DNA from: an uncultured delta proteobacterium | Lineage (GTDB): Bacteria; Myxococcota; Myxococcia; Myxococcales; Anaeromyxobacteraceae | Direction of reading: 5' to 3' | Assembly (NCBI GenBank): GCA_963828235.1 | Contig: CAWHDY010000001.1 | Span: forward strand, 94,920-158,919 | Length of the DNA: 64,000 nt | Part shown: piece after piece, positions 41,208-51,339 of the stretch | Numbering within the stretch: position 1 is the first letter of the stretch | Layout: the number at the start of each line of letters is the position of its first letter | The notes under the pieces: model-generated | Seen by the model: the letters and a program-made list of their open reading frames with translations, nothing else | The model's database searches: none | Told to the model about the DNA's origin: nothing | Program-made: the position numbers and the translations under genes

Positions 41208-43286
41208 CTACCGCGCCCCGAGCGCTCGCGCGGTCTCGGCGAAGGCGCGCGCGACGAGCGGATCCGGGTCCCTGGCGGCGAGCCGCTCGGCGTCCGCGCG
41301 GAGCGAGGGGTCGCCGCGCTCGGCCATGGCGCGCGCCGCGGCGCGCCGCACGTCCCAGCGTGGGCTCGCGGCGGCGGCGCGGAGGAGCCGGAGCCCGTCG
41401 TCGCCGGGGACGCGCACGGCGCCGAGCACCGCCTCCTTCACGACCTCGGGGTCCTCGTGGGCGAGCGCGCGCTCCAGGGTCGCGGCCGGCGCCGCCCCGA
41501 GCGCCGCGAGCGCGTGGAGGGCCGCGACCACGACGACGGGCGGCGATCCGGGATCGGCCGCCAGCTCGGCGAGCTCGGCGGAGTGGCCGGGGCGCCCGCA
41601 CGCGCCGAGCGCGTCCGCCGCCGCGGCGCGCACCGCGTGGTCCGGATCGCGCAGCGCCCGGACGAGCCCCGTCGCGGCCAGGTCGCACGGCGACCGCGCG
41701 CCGCTCCCCCTCGCCCACGCGATCTCGGCGATCGCCCGCGCCGCGGCGGCGCGGACGGCCCAGGCCGGATCCGAGAGCGCCGCGACGAGCGCCGGAGCGG
41801 TCGAGCCCGCGAGGTGACCACGCTGCGCGAGCGCCCCGAGCGCGGACGCGGCGGCGACCCGGTCCGGGACCGCGGCGGCGCCCAGCCCGGCGGAGATGAA
41901 CGCGACGTCGGTGCCGTCCCCGACCGCGCCGAGCGTCCGGTACAGCGCCGCCGACGCGCGCGCCCCGGCGAGGTCGCGGGCCGCCGTCAGGACCGCCTCC
42001 CGCTGCGCGGGGCCGGCCTGGGAGACGTGGACGAGCGCTGCGGCGGCGAGCGCGGCGGTGCCTGCGTCGTCGTCGCCGAGGAGCCCGGAGAGCGGCGCGA
42101 CGCCCCGCCCGTCGCGGAGGCGGCCCAGCGCGTCGATCGCCTCGCCGTGCACGTAGGACGCGCGGTCGCTCGCCTCGCGGACGACGCTCTCGAGCGCGGC
42201 GGGGCTGCCGAGCCGCGCGAGCGTGGCGAGCGCGGTGATCCGGGCGAGCTGGCCGAGGCCGGGGAGCGCCTCCGCCAGCGCGCCTCGAAGCTCGGGCCCG
42301 TCCGGGAAGATCTCGAGCGCCTCCTCGACGAACGCGCGGACCCGCTCGTCCTCGGCGAGCTTCACCATCGCGCCCGCGTGGCGCGCCGCGCCCGCCGCGG
42401 CGAGCGCGGCGACGGCCCCGAGCGCGGCGAAGGGCTCCTCCGAGCCGAGCGCGGCCGCCCACGCGTCGGCCAGGCCGGGGTCGCGCGCCGCCGCCTGGCG
42501 GACGGCGGCCAGCACCGGCTCGAGCTCCGCCACGGCGCGGCGCGCCCGCTGCTGCCCGAGCGCGGCGAGCGCGGCCTCCCGGCCGGCGCGCGACGGATCC
42601 GCCACGCCGCGGGCGACGAGCGGGAGCGCGTCCGTGTCCTCGCACGCGCCGATCATCCGGTACAGCGCGCGCCGCAGCGTGCGGTCCGCGAGGAGCTGCT
42701 CGATCCGCGCGGGAGGGAGCGAGGCGCGCACGGCGCCGAGCGCCTCGATCGCCGAGAGCCGCAGGGTGGCGTCGTCGGAGTCGACCGCGGCGCGCAGCGC
42801 GGCGACGGCGTCCGGACCCCCGATCTTCCCGAGGGCGTCGGCGGCCGCCGCGCGCACGTTCGGGTCCCGATCGGCGAGCTGCGCGGTGAGCGGCGGCACC
42901 GCCCGCCGGTCGGCGATCGCGCCGAGGACGGCCGCCGCGGCCTGGCGCAGGTCCGGGTCCGCGATCGACAGCCGCTCGACGAGCAGCAGCACCGCGGGCG
43001 CGCCGAGCCGCGCGAGCGCGGCGGCGGCGGCCTCGCGCGCCCCGACCCCCGGTCCGGACTCCAGCACCGCGAGGAGCCCGGGGAGCGCGGCGAGGGCGCC
43101 CGGCCCCAGCGCGATCCGCTCCACGGCGCCGGAGCGGACGCGCCAGCTCGGGTCGGCGAGCCGCTCGAGCAGCAGGGCGCGATCGGCGCCGTCGGAGGGG
43201 TCGAGCTCCGCGACCGCCCGGTAGCGCGTCTCGTCGTCCGGATCGGCCGCCCGGGCGCGGACCGCGGCGGCGTCGGATGGCTTCAT
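41208..43286 (-). CDS. HEAT-repeat (PBS lyase-like) protein
   Basis: Many D..W.VR..AA.AL repeats (LADPSWRVRSGA, DRDPNVRAAAADAL, SDPAWAVRAAA). Confidence 0.88.
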   Translation of the reverse strand: MKPSDAAAVRARAADPDDETRYRAVAELDPSDGADRALLLERLADPSWRVRSGAVERIALGPGALAALPGLLAVLESGPGVGAREAAAAALARLGAPAVLLLVERLSIADPDLRQAAAAVLGAIADRRAVPPLTAQLADRDPNVRAAAADALGKIGGPDAVAALRAAVDSDDATLRLSAIEALGAVRASLPPARIEQLLADRTLRRALYRMIGACEDTDALPLVARGVADPSRAGREAALAALGQQRARRAVAELEPVLAAVRQAAARDPGLADAWAAALGSEEPFAALGAVAALAAAGAARHAGAMVKLAEDERVRAFVEEALEIFPDGPELRGALAEALPGLGQLARITALATLARLGSPAALESVVREASDRASYVHGEAIDALGRLRDGRGVAPLSGLLGDDDAGTAALAAAALVHVSQAGPAQREAVLTAARDLAGARASAALYRTLGAVGDGTDVAFISAGLGAAAVPDRVAAASALGALAQRGHLAGSTAPALVAALSDPAWAVRAAAARAIAEIAWARGSGARSPCDLAATGLVRALRDPDHAVRAAAADALGACGRPGHSAELAELAADPGSPPVVVVAALHALAALGAAPAATLERALAHEDPEVVKEAVLGAVRVPGDDGLRLLRAAAASPRWDVRRAAARAMAERGDPSLRADAERLAARDPDPLVARAFAETARALGAR

Positions 43287-43819
43287 GTCTCCCTCGAGGC
43301 CTTCGCCTGGGCGCGCGCCGCGTCGGTCTCCCCGGGGACCGACGGGTCCAGCAGCGCCTTCACGTTGAGGAGGAGCCGCAGCGCCGCGCCGCCCTTCCCG
43401 CCGGCCCCGTCGCCGCCGCACACCCCGAGGAAGAAGCGCGGCGCACCGGGGTCGCCGAGCGCGGGGGCGGGCCGGATCTCCGATCGCGGCAGCCGCAGCA
43501 CCTCGCGCACCTCGTCGACCACGAGCCCGATCCGCCGGCCCGCGACGTTCACGACGAGGAACCGGCTCTTCCGGGTCGCCCGCGTCGCCGGGACCCCGAG
43601 CCGCTTGCGGACGTCGAGCACCGGGATCACGTCGCCGCGGAGCCGGATCACGCCCTCGACGAACGAGGGCGCGCGGGGGACCGGCGTGATGGGCAGCGGG
43701 TGGATCACCTCGCGGACGCGCATGATGTCGATCGCGTAGTCCTCGCCGCCGATCCGGAACGTGCAGAGCTGGACGACCGGGTCCGCGCCGGCGCCGCGCG
43801 AGGCGTCAGGCTCCAGCAT
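43283..43819 (-). CDS. cheW: CheW adaptor
   Basis: FRIGGEDYAIDIMRVREV, ITPVPRAPSFVEGVIRLRGDVIPVLD. Confidence 0.93.
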   Translation of the reverse strand: MLEPDASRGAGADPVVQLCTFRIGGEDYAIDIMRVREVIHPLPITPVPRAPSFVEGVIRLRGDVIPVLDVRKRLGVPATRATRKSRFLVVNVAGRRIGLVVDEVREVLRLPRSEIRPAPALGDPGAPRFFLGVCGGDGAGGKGGAALRLLLNVKALLDPSVPGETDAARAQAKASRET

Positions 43820-44829
43820 CGGCCCTCCTCGCGAGCGGATCGGGGCGCGGGGCGGCGCGCTTCAGGACGGCGCCGAGGTCGAGCACGGTGAAGAGGCGAT
43901 CGCCCACGCGGCCGATGCCGGCCAGGAGCTCCGACCGCTGGCTCGAGATCCCCTGCGGGCAGGGCTCGATCGAGCCGCGGGGGAGCCGCACGACGCTCGC
44001 GACCCGATCGACGTGCAGCCCGCAGGGGCCGTCGCCGGCGTCCACGATCACGATGCGACCCTACCCCGACCCCGAGCGCGGCCGGCGGGAGCCCCAGCCG
44101 GCGGCGCGGATCGACCACCGCCACGACCTCTCCCCGGACCGTGACCACGCCGAGGATGTGGGCGGGCGCGCGCGGGACCTCCGTGATGGGCGGCGCCTTC
44201 ACGACCTCCCGCACGCGCTCGATCTCGACCGCGTACTCCTCCGCGCCCAGCAGGAACGTGAGGAACTCGACGCGAGCGGCCTCCGCCGGCTGCGGCGACG
44301 TCGCCGCCGCCGGCGCCGCGAGCTCCGGGAGCACGGGCCCGGCCTCGTCGTCCCGGAAGAAGAACTCGTCGAGCGGGTCCGGGCTGGCGAGCGACGAGAG
44401 CGCCACCGGGACCGCCGCGCGCACGACGCCGGCGTCCGGGTGCACCAGCGTGAACGGCGCCACGCCCGGGAGCCGGCGGCGGCGGGCGTCGCGACGAGCG
44501 CGAAGTCCTCGGGACGCAGCATGACGTCCGCGGGCGGCTGCACCGGCGTCGGCTCCGGGATGAACGGCGCGGCGCCGACCCCCGGCCTCCAGGTCGTGAA
44601 CCGCGGGTCCTCCGCGCTCGCCGCCGGGCCGGGCACCGGCCCGGCGCCCGGCGGCTCGGGGATCGCCTGCAGCCGCGCGACGAGCGCCTCCTCCACCCTC
44701 TCCCCCAGGCTCCGCCCGAGGGAGCGGGAGATCTCCCGGCGGCGCAGGAGCCTCGCGAGCCTTCCCGTCCTCGGCGGCGCGCGCCTGCGCCCGCTCCCTG
44801 GCCTTCTTCCGGATGTGCAGGAAGTCCAT
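43806..44829 (-). CDS. cheW: CheW with a long N-terminal extension, three apparent indels
   Basis: FLLGAEEYAVEIERVREVV...GVVTVRGEVVAVVD. The C-terminal half (RIVIVDAG...GLHVDRV) is in another frame; indels near 44702-06, 44473 and 44059-61. Confidence 0.8.
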
Positions 44830-44855
44830 GCGGCTGCCCTGCGGGCGCCCCGAGT

Positions 44856-45680
44856 CTACCGCGCCCGGGTCGCCGTTCCCAGTTGCAGGGCGAGGTCGGC
44901 CGCGGCGGCCTCGACCACGTCGGCCGACACCCCGTCCACCTCGCGCGCGAACGCCTCCAGCAGGGCGCTCGCCGCCACCTGGTTGACCCTGCGCGGCACG
45001 CCGCCGGAGAGCCGGTGCACCGCGGCGACCGCCCCGTCGTCGAACAGCGGCGCCGCCCTCCCGGCGACCGCGAGCCGGTGCGCGAGGTAGAGCCCCGTCT
45101 CCCGCGGATCGAGGGCGCCCACGTGGTACGCGACCCCGATCCGCTGGGTGAAGGCCTCTCCTCCCCGGTCGCGCAGCCGCTCGCGGAGCTCCGGCTGCCC
45201 GATGAGGACGACGCCGACGAGCGCGCGGTCGTCGGCGGAGAGGTTCGTGAGCAGCCTCAGCTCGTCGAAGGCCGCCCGCCCCGGGAGCAGCTGCGCCTCG
45301 TCCACCACCACGACCGCGAAGCGGCCCTCCTCGTCGAGGCGGGCCACGTGCTCGGCGAGCGCGGCGAACGCGTCGGCCTTCCTGCGCGCCGGCGGCAGCC
45401 CGAACCCCTCCGCGATCGCGCCGAGCAGCTGCGCCGGCGGGAGCGCCGGGTTGACGACGAAGCTGAACCGGCACCGCTCCGCGAACGCGTCGACGAGCGC
45501 ACGCGAGAGCGTCGTCTTCCCCGCGCCGATCTCGCCGGTGAGGACCGCGAGCTCGCGCTCCTCGAGCGCGTGGGAGAGGCGCGCGAACGCCTCCGCGTGG
45601 TGCCGGGAGTGGAACAGGAACTCCGGGTCGGGCGTCTTCGAGAAGGGCTTGCGGGCGAGGCCGAAGAACTCGAGGTACAT
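44856..45680 (-). CDS. ExeA/GspA-like AAA ATPase (stand-alone ATPase domain)
   Basis: MYLEFFGL..KPFSKTPDP.FLF, GEIGAGKTT, VVVDEAQLL, LIGQPEL, SGGVPRRVNQ. Confidence 0.88.
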   Translation of the reverse strand: MYLEFFGLARKPFSKTPDPEFLFHSRHHAEAFARLSHALEERELAVLTGEIGAGKTTLSRALVDAFAERCRFSFVVNPALPPAQLLGAIAEGFGLPPARRKADAFAALAEHVARLDEEGRFAVVVVDEAQLLPGRAAFDELRLLTNLSADDRALVGVVLIGQPELRERLRDRGGEAFTQRIGVAYHVGALDPRETGLYLAHRLAVAGRAAPLFDDGAVAAVHRLSGGVPRRVNQVAASALLEAFAREVDGVSADVVEAAAADLALQLGTATRAR

Positions 45681-45701
45681 CGGGCACCAGGGAGGAGCGG
45701 C

Positions 45702-47825
45702 TCAGGCCCGCCGGACGGGAGCGGTGGGGTCGAGAGACGCCTCGCGCAGGACGTCGCCGGACATGACGTCCTCGATGATCGCGCCGATGTCGAGCACGAG
45801 GACGGTGCGCCGGTTCCCGAGGTCCGTCGCCCCCGCGACCCCGCGCACCCCCTGGAGCTGCGCGCCGAGCGGCTTCACGACGATGTCCTGCTGACCGACG
45901 AGGTCGTCCACCGCGATCCCGAGGCGCTCCTGGGCGAGCCCGACGACCACGACGAAGAAGGACTCCGCGGCGCCCGCCGCGTCGAGATCGAAGAACCGGC
46001 CGAGCCGGACCAGCGGCAGCGTCGCGCCGCGGAGCGAGATCACCTCGCGGGTGGAGACGGTGCGCACGTCGCGGGCGCGGACCTCGAGCAGCTCGAGGAC
46101 GCTGTTCAGCGGGACGGCGTAGGTCCGGCCCGCCACCGAGACGACCAGCGCGCGGATGATCGCGAGCGTGACGGGGAGCGTGATCTCGAACCGGGTCCCC
46201 TGCCCGCGCTCGGTCTGCAGGTCGATGATCCCGGAGAGGTTCGCGATGTTGTTCTTCACGACGTCCAGGCCGACGCCGCGGCCGGAGAGCGGGGTCACCT
46301 GCCGCGCCGTCGAGAACCCCGGCACGAAGATGAGGTTCATGAGCTCGCGCCGCGCCAGGTCGCGCACGGCGTCCGCGGCCGCGAGCCCTCGCGCGATCGC
46401 CACCTCGCGGATCCGGTCCTCGTCGATCCCCGCCCCGTCGTCCTCGACGACGATCTGGACGTGGTTCCCCTTCTGCTCGGCCGAGAGCCGCACGCGGCCC
46501 GCGCGCGCCTTGCCGGCCCGGGCGCGCGCGTCCGGCGGCTCGATCGCGTGGTCGATCGCGTTCCGGATGAGGTGCATCAGCGGGTCCGAGAGCTCCTCCA
46601 CGATGAGCTTGTCGACCTCGACGTCGCCGCCCGAGACCTCGAACTCGATCTCCTTCCCCACCTCGCGCGCGATCTTCCGGACCATCCGCGCGAGCTTCTC
46701 GAAGAGCTGCTCGAGCGGGACCATGCGGACCTCGAGGATGCCGGCCTGCAGCTCCGCGAGCCGCCGCTCGAGACCCCGGTTCGCGTGCAGCAGCTCGCCC
46801 GAGAGCGCCGCGTCGCCGCCCTGCGCCTTGATCCGCTCGGCGATCCCCTGGAGCGACGACTTCACGAGGACGAGCTCGCCGACGACGTTCATGAGGAAGT
46901 CGAGCTTGCGGATGTCCACGCGCACCGACTGCGAGACCGACCGGAGCGACGGATTGTCGGGCGGCGCCTCCGGGACGGGCGACAGGCTCGCCGCGGGGGA
47001 CGCCGCCGCGGGCGGCGCGCTCGCCGCCGGCCCCGGCGCCGGGGCGGACGCGCCGATCGGCGCCACGGCGAGCGGGCGGACGCGCGGCACGGCCTCGACC
47101 ACCGCGGCGGGGCCCGCCTCGTGCTGCACCGCGCCCCGCGCCTCCGCGGACGCGAAGAGCAGCTCGAACGCGATGGCCGCGGGGTCGCGGGCGTCGGTGG
47201 ACGGGAGGGTCGAGACCACCTCGCCGATCCGCTTGAGGCGGCCGGCGAGGGCGGAGAGCTCCCGGTCGAACGTGCCGAGCTCGTAGCTCACGCGCACCCG
47301 GTACAGCCCGACGCCCTTCCGGACGTTGGCGCGGAGCCGGTGCTCCTCGTACTCGGTGAGCACGGCCCGCACCTCCGGGCCGAGCGCGACGGCGTCGAGC
47401 GCGTCGTCCGCGAGCGCGGCCGGCGGGGCGGCGCGCGCGCGCAGGCGCTCCGTGAGCCGGGCGGCGGCGTCGGTCGTGCGCGGCGCCTCCCCGGCCGCCT
47501 CCTCCGCGATGATCCGGGAGAAGACCTCGGGGGTCTCGAGGAGCAGGTCCATCGCGACGCGGTCGAGCCCGCGCCGGCCCATCCGCACGTCGTCGAGCAG
47601 GTCCTCGAGGGCGTGGGCGAGCCGGGACATCCGCTCGACGCCGAACAGCGAGGAGAGCCCCTTCAGCGAGTGCGCCGCGCGGAACACCGCGTTCACCACG
47701 TCGGGGGACGGCTCGTCGCCGGACGCGGCGTCGAGGTGCATCAGCTCCCGCCCGAGCAGGTCGATCGACTCCTGCGCCTCGGAGACGAACTCGGCGAGCG
47801 CCTTCTGCGTCTTGTCCGATGCCAT
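45702..47825 (-). CDS. cheA: Chemotaxis histidine kinase CheA (no fused receiver)
   Basis: Hpt FRAAHSLKG, SVRVDIRKLD, HLIRNAIDH, EDDGAGID, FVPGFST, GRGVGLDVV, C-terminal CheW domain. Confidence 0.97.
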   Translation of the reverse strand: MASDKTQKALAEFVSEAQESIDLLGRELMHLDAASGDEPSPDVVNAVFRAAHSLKGLSSLFGVERMSRLAHALEDLLDDVRMGRRGLDRVAMDLLLETPEVFSRIIAEEAAGEAPRTTDAAARLTERLRARAAPPAALADDALDAVALGPEVRAVLTEYEEHRLRANVRKGVGLYRVRVSYELGTFDRELSALAGRLKRIGEVVSTLPSTDARDPAAIAFELLFASAEARGAVQHEAGPAAVVEAVPRVRPLAVAPIGASAPAPGPAASAPPAAASPAASLSPVPEAPPDNPSLRSVSQSVRVDIRKLDFLMNVVGELVLVKSSLQGIAERIKAQGGDAALSGELLHANRGLERRLAELQAGILEVRMVPLEQLFEKLARMVRKIAREVGKEIEFEVSGGDVEVDKLIVEELSDPLMHLIRNAIDHAIEPPDARARAGKARAGRVRLSAEQKGNHVQIVVEDDGAGIDEDRIREVAIARGLAAADAVRDLARRELMNLIFVPGFSTARQVTPLSGRGVGLDVVKNNIANLSGIIDLQTERGQGTRFEITLPVTLAIIRALVVSVAGRTYAVPLNSVLELLEVRARDVRTVSTREVISLRGATLPLVRLGRFFDLDAAGAAESFFVVVVGLAQERLGIAVDDLVGQQDIVVKPLGAQLQGVRGVAGATDLGNRRTVLVLDIGAIIEDVMSGDVLREASLDPTAPVRRA

Positions 47826-47867
47826 CGGTGTCGGGCGGCACCGGGGCTGCGCCCCCGCCGGCCCGGC

Positions 47868-48449
47868 TCAACGTACCACGGTCCCCACATGGGGCAAGGC
47901 GCGGCCCCGCGACGGCATCTCGACGCGCGACGGCGGCGCGAGCACGTCCACCTCGACGCCGAGGGCGGCGCGCGCGGCCGCGAGGTCACGCTGGAGCACC
48001 CGCGCCTCCCCGAGGACGAGCTGGCGCCGCACCGGGCGGACGAGGCTCGCCTCGAGCCACAGCCTCGCCGCGAGGGCGGTGTCCTCGCCGGCGAGCGGCG
48101 GCATCGCGGTCGCGAACGCGTCGCTCCCGGCGCGCGCGAGCGCCTCGCAGAGCGTCCGGGAGGCGTGCAGGAACGCCTCGGGCGAGAGCGGCACCTCGGG
48201 CAGCCCGAAGCAGAACACGCGCCCGGGCGCGACGCGGCCGCCGGACGGCAGGAGCAGCGCCTCGCCGTCCCCCGCCTGGAAGAGGCCGTTGCGGATCGCG
48301 CGGGAGATGGCCCCGCAGAGCCGCCAGTCGGCGAACCCCGCGAAGCCCTGCAGCGGGCGCTCGGGGCCGACGAAGACGGCGAGGGCGTCGACGTCGAGCC
48401 CGTCGATCGCCGTGAGCCCCAGCTCAGCCACCTCGATCTTGAGCGCCAT
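47868..48449 (-). CDS. Stand-alone leucyl aminopeptidase (M17) N-terminal-like domain protein
   Basis: ERPLQGFAGFADWRLCGAISR, GEALLLPS, RVFCFGL; no catalytic metal-binding domain. Confidence 0.65.
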   Translation of the reverse strand: MALKIEVAELGLTAIDGLDVDALAVFVGPERPLQGFAGFADWRLCGAISRAIRNGLFQAGDGEALLLPSGGRVAPGRVFCFGLPEVPLSPEAFLHASRTLCEALARAGSDAFATAMPPLAGEDTALAARLWLEASLVRPVRRQLVLGEARVLQRDLAAARAALGVEVDVLAPPSRVEMPSRGRALPHVGTVVR

Positions 48450-48457
48450 CGGCCTCG

Positions 48458-48889
48458 CTAGCTCCCGGAGCGCCGGCGCTCGGCCGGCAGCCCGGAGGCG
48501 ATCTTGTCGAGCACTCCGTTCACGAACGCTCCGGTGCTCTCCGAACCGTACTTCTTGCCGAGCTCGATCGCCTCGTTGATGACGACCTTGATCGGCACGT
48601 CCGTCCTCAGCAGCTCGAACACCGCGAGGCGGAGGACATTCCGGTCGACCTTCGCCATGCGATCGAGCCGCCAGTTGGAGGACACCCGCTCGATCTCGTC
48701 GTCGATGGCGCGGCGGTGCTGGGCCACCCCTCGCACGAGGGTCTCGGCGAGCGTCATCACCTCCCGCTCGACCGGCTCGAAGCTGCGCCAGAACCGCGCG
48801 AGGGCGTCGTCGATGCCCTCGGCCGCGACGTCGATCTGGTAGAGCGCCTGCATGGCGCGCTCGCGAGCCCTGGTCCGCTTCGCGGGCAA
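48458..48889 (-). CDS. nusB: Transcription antitermination factor NusB
   Basis: [51 protein letters not shown]. Confidence 0.97.
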   Translation of the reverse strand: MPAKRTRARERAMQALYQIDVAAEGIDDALARFWRSFEPVEREVMTLAETLVRGVAQHRRAIDDEIERVSSNWRLDRMAKVDRNVLRLAVFELLRTDVPIKVVINEAIELGKKYGSESTGAFVNGVLDKIASGLPAERRRSGS

Positions 48890-48892
48890 GGG

Positions 48893-49384
48893 CTACTCCC
48901 GCCGGCGGGCGCCGGCGAGCTTCCCGGCTTCGCGGAGGACGTTCGCCTGCTCGATCGCCGCCACCGCGGCCTCGGCGCCCTTGTTGCCGGCCTTCACCCC
49001 GGCCCGCTCGAGCGCCTGCTCGAGGGTGTCGCAGGTGAGGACGCCCATCGTCACCGCGCAGTCCGCCTCCATCGCGACGACGCCGACCCCCTTGGTGGCC
49101 TCGGCCGCGACGTACTCGAAGTGCGGAGTCCCGCCCCGGATCACCGCGCCGAGCGCGACCACCGCGTCGTGCCGGCCGGCCCGCGCGACCCGCCGCAGCA
49201 GCGCGGGCAGCTCGAACGTCCCGGGGCACCGGAAGACGTCGATGTCTCCGTCCTTCACCCCGTGCCTGCGGAGCGCGTCCGCGGCCCCGGCGAGCAGCTG
49301 CTCGGTGACGAGGCCGTTGAAGCGCGCGACGACGACGGCGACCTTGAGCCCGGTCGCGACGAGCGATCCCTCGTAGACGTTCAT
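48893..49384 (-). CDS. ribH: 6,7-dimethyl-8-ribityllumazine synthase
   Basis: [36 protein letters not shown]. Confidence 0.97.
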   Translation of the reverse strand: MNVYEGSLVATGLKVAVVVARFNGLVTEQLLAGAADALRRHGVKDGDIDVFRCPGTFELPALLRRVARAGRHDAVVALGAVIRGGTPHFEYVAAEATKGVGVVAMEADCAVTMGVLTCDTLEQALERAGVKAGNKGAEAAVAAIEQANVLREAGKLAGARRRE

Positions 49385-50682
49385 CGTCCGTTCCTTCCTT
49401 TCAGCCGTCGTGCGCGCGGCGCCAGGCGGCTCTTCACCGCGCGCGCGGGGGCGGCGGCCTCGAGCGTGAGGAGGTGGCCGAGCTTGTCGCGCTTGGTCGC
49501 GAGATAGGCGCGGTTGCGGCGGGTGGGGGTCATCTCGATGGGGACGCGCTCCACGACCTCGAGGCCGTACCCCTCGAGCCCGATGATCTTCTTCGGGTTG
49601 TTGGTGAGGAGCCGCATCTTGCGGACGCCGAGGTCGCGCAGGATCTGGGCGCCGATCCCGTAGTCGCGGAGATCCGGCTTGAAGCCGAGCTGGACGTTCG
49701 CCTCGGCGGTGTCGTACCCCTGGTCCTGCAGGTTGTAGGCGCGCAGCTTGTTCGCGAGCCCGATCCCGCGCCCCTCCTGGTCGAGGTAGAGGAGCACGCC
49801 CTTCCCGGCGCGCTCGATCTGCTCGAGCGCGGCGTGCAGCTGGGGCCCGCAGTCGCAGCGCTGGGACCCGAACACGTCGCCGGTGAGGCACTTCGAGTGG
49901 ACCCGCACGAGCACCGGCTCGTTCGCGCGCCAGCGCCCCTTCACGAACGCGACGTGCTGGTACGGGTCGACGTCGTTCTCGTACGCGACGGCGCGGAACG
50001 AGCCGTACACCGTCGGGATGGGCGCGTCGGCCGCGCGCCGGACGAGCGTGTCCTTCATCATCCGGTAGCAGATGAGGTCCGCCACCGAGACGATCGGCAG
50101 ATCGTGGGCGCGAGAGAGCTGCTCGAGCTCCGGCATGCGCGCCATCGTCCCGTCGTCGTTCATCACCTCGCAGATCACCCCCGCGGCCTTCAGCCCCGCG
50201 AGCCGCGCCAGGTCGACCGAGCCCTCGGTCTGCCCGGCGCGCACGAGCACGCCGCCGCGCCGCGCCCGCAGCGGGAAGACGTGGCCGGGGCGCGCGAGGT
50301 CCTCCGGGCGCGCGTCGTCGCGCACCGCGGTCAGGATCGTGTGGGCCCGGTCGCGGGCGCTGATGCCGGTGGTCACGCCCTCCTTGGCCTCGATCGAGAT
50401 CGTGAACGCCGTCCCGAAGGAGGAGGTGTTCGCGCCCTCGTCCACCATCAGCGGCAGGCGGAGCTGGCGGACCTTCTCCTCCGTCAGCGAGAGGCAGACG
50501 AGCCCGCGCCCGTGCTTCGCCATGAAGTTCACCGCCGACGCGGTGACCTTCTCGGCGGCCATGCACAGGTCGCCCTCGTTCTCGCGGTCCTCGTCGTCGG
50601 TGAGGATCACCATCCCGCCGTCGCGGAAGCGGTCGAGCGCGTGCTCCACCCGCGAGACGGCGTGCTTCGCGTGATCCTTCAC
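49381..50682 (-). CDS. ribBA: Bifunctional DHBP synthase / GTP cyclohydrolase II
   Basis: [53 protein letters not shown]. Confidence 0.97.
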   Translation of the reverse strand: MKDHAKHAVSRVEHALDRFRDGGMVILTDDEDRENEGDLCMAAEKVTASAVNFMAKHGRGLVCLSLTEEKVRQLRLPLMVDEGANTSSFGTAFTISIEAKEGVTTGISARDRAHTILTAVRDDARPEDLARPGHVFPLRARRGGVLVRAGQTEGSVDLARLAGLKAAGVICEVMNDDGTMARMPELEQLSRAHDLPIVSVADLICYRMMKDTLVRRAADAPIPTVYGSFRAVAYENDVDPYQHVAFVKGRWRANEPVLVRVHSKCLTGDVFGSQRCDCGPQLHAALEQIERAGKGVLLYLDQEGRGIGLANKLRAYNLQDQGYDTAEANVQLGFKPDLRDYGIGAQILRDLGVRKMRLLTNNPKKIIGLEGYGLEVVERVPIEMTPTRRNRAYLATKRDKLGHLLTLEAAAPARAVKSRLAPRARRLKGRNGR

Positions 50683-51326
50683 CGGGTCCCTCCGTAACCC
50701 CACCCTGCGAGGTCCGCCCCGGAGACGCCGGGGCCGGCGAACTCGCGCAGGCGCGCGACGTGCCGCGCGACGACGTCCGCCTCGAGGTTCACCTTCGATC
50801 CCGGGCGGACCAGGCCGAGCGTCGTGCGGGAGAGCGTCTCCGGGATGAGCGCCACCTCGAGGCGGTCCCGGGTCACGGCCGCCACGGTGAGCGACACCCC
50901 GTCGATCGCGATGGAGCCCTTCTCCGCGACGAGGGGGGCGATCGACGCGGGGAGCCCGATCGCGAGCCGCGCGCCCTGGCCCTCGTCGGCGCGCGAGAGC
51001 ACGTCGCCGACGGCGTCCACGTGCCCCTGGACGAGGTGCCCGCCCAGCCGATCGCCCAGCGCGAGCGCGCGCTCGAGGTTCACGAGCGACCCGGGCCGCC
51101 AGCTGCCCACGGTCGTGCGGGAGAGCGTCTCCGGGACGGCGTCGAACGACACGACCCCGCCGCCGCGCTCGACGACCGTCAGGCACACGCCCGAGCACGC
51201 CACGCTCTCGCCGAGCGCGAGGTCGTCCACGCGCAGCTGGCGAGGCCGGAGCGTCAGGCGGGCGCCACCCTGCCTTGGCACGAGGCGCTCGACGGCGCCC
51301 ATGTCCGAGACGAGACCGGTGAACAT
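50679..51326 (-). CDS. ribE: Riboflavin synthase alpha chain
   Basis: MFTGLV N-terminus, [43 protein letters not shown]. Confidence 0.96.
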   Translation of the reverse strand: MFTGLVSDMGAVERLVPRQGGARLTLRPRQLRVDDLALGESVACSGVCLTVVERGGGVVSFDAVPETLSRTTVGSWRPGSLVNLERALALGDRLGGHLVQGHVDAVGDVLSRADEGQGARLAIGLPASIAPLVAEKGSIAIDGVSLTVAAVTRDRLEVALIPETLSRTTLGLVRPGSKVNLEADVVARHVARLREFAGPGVSGADLAGWGYGGTR

Positions 51327-51339
51327 TTCCGGCGCAATC

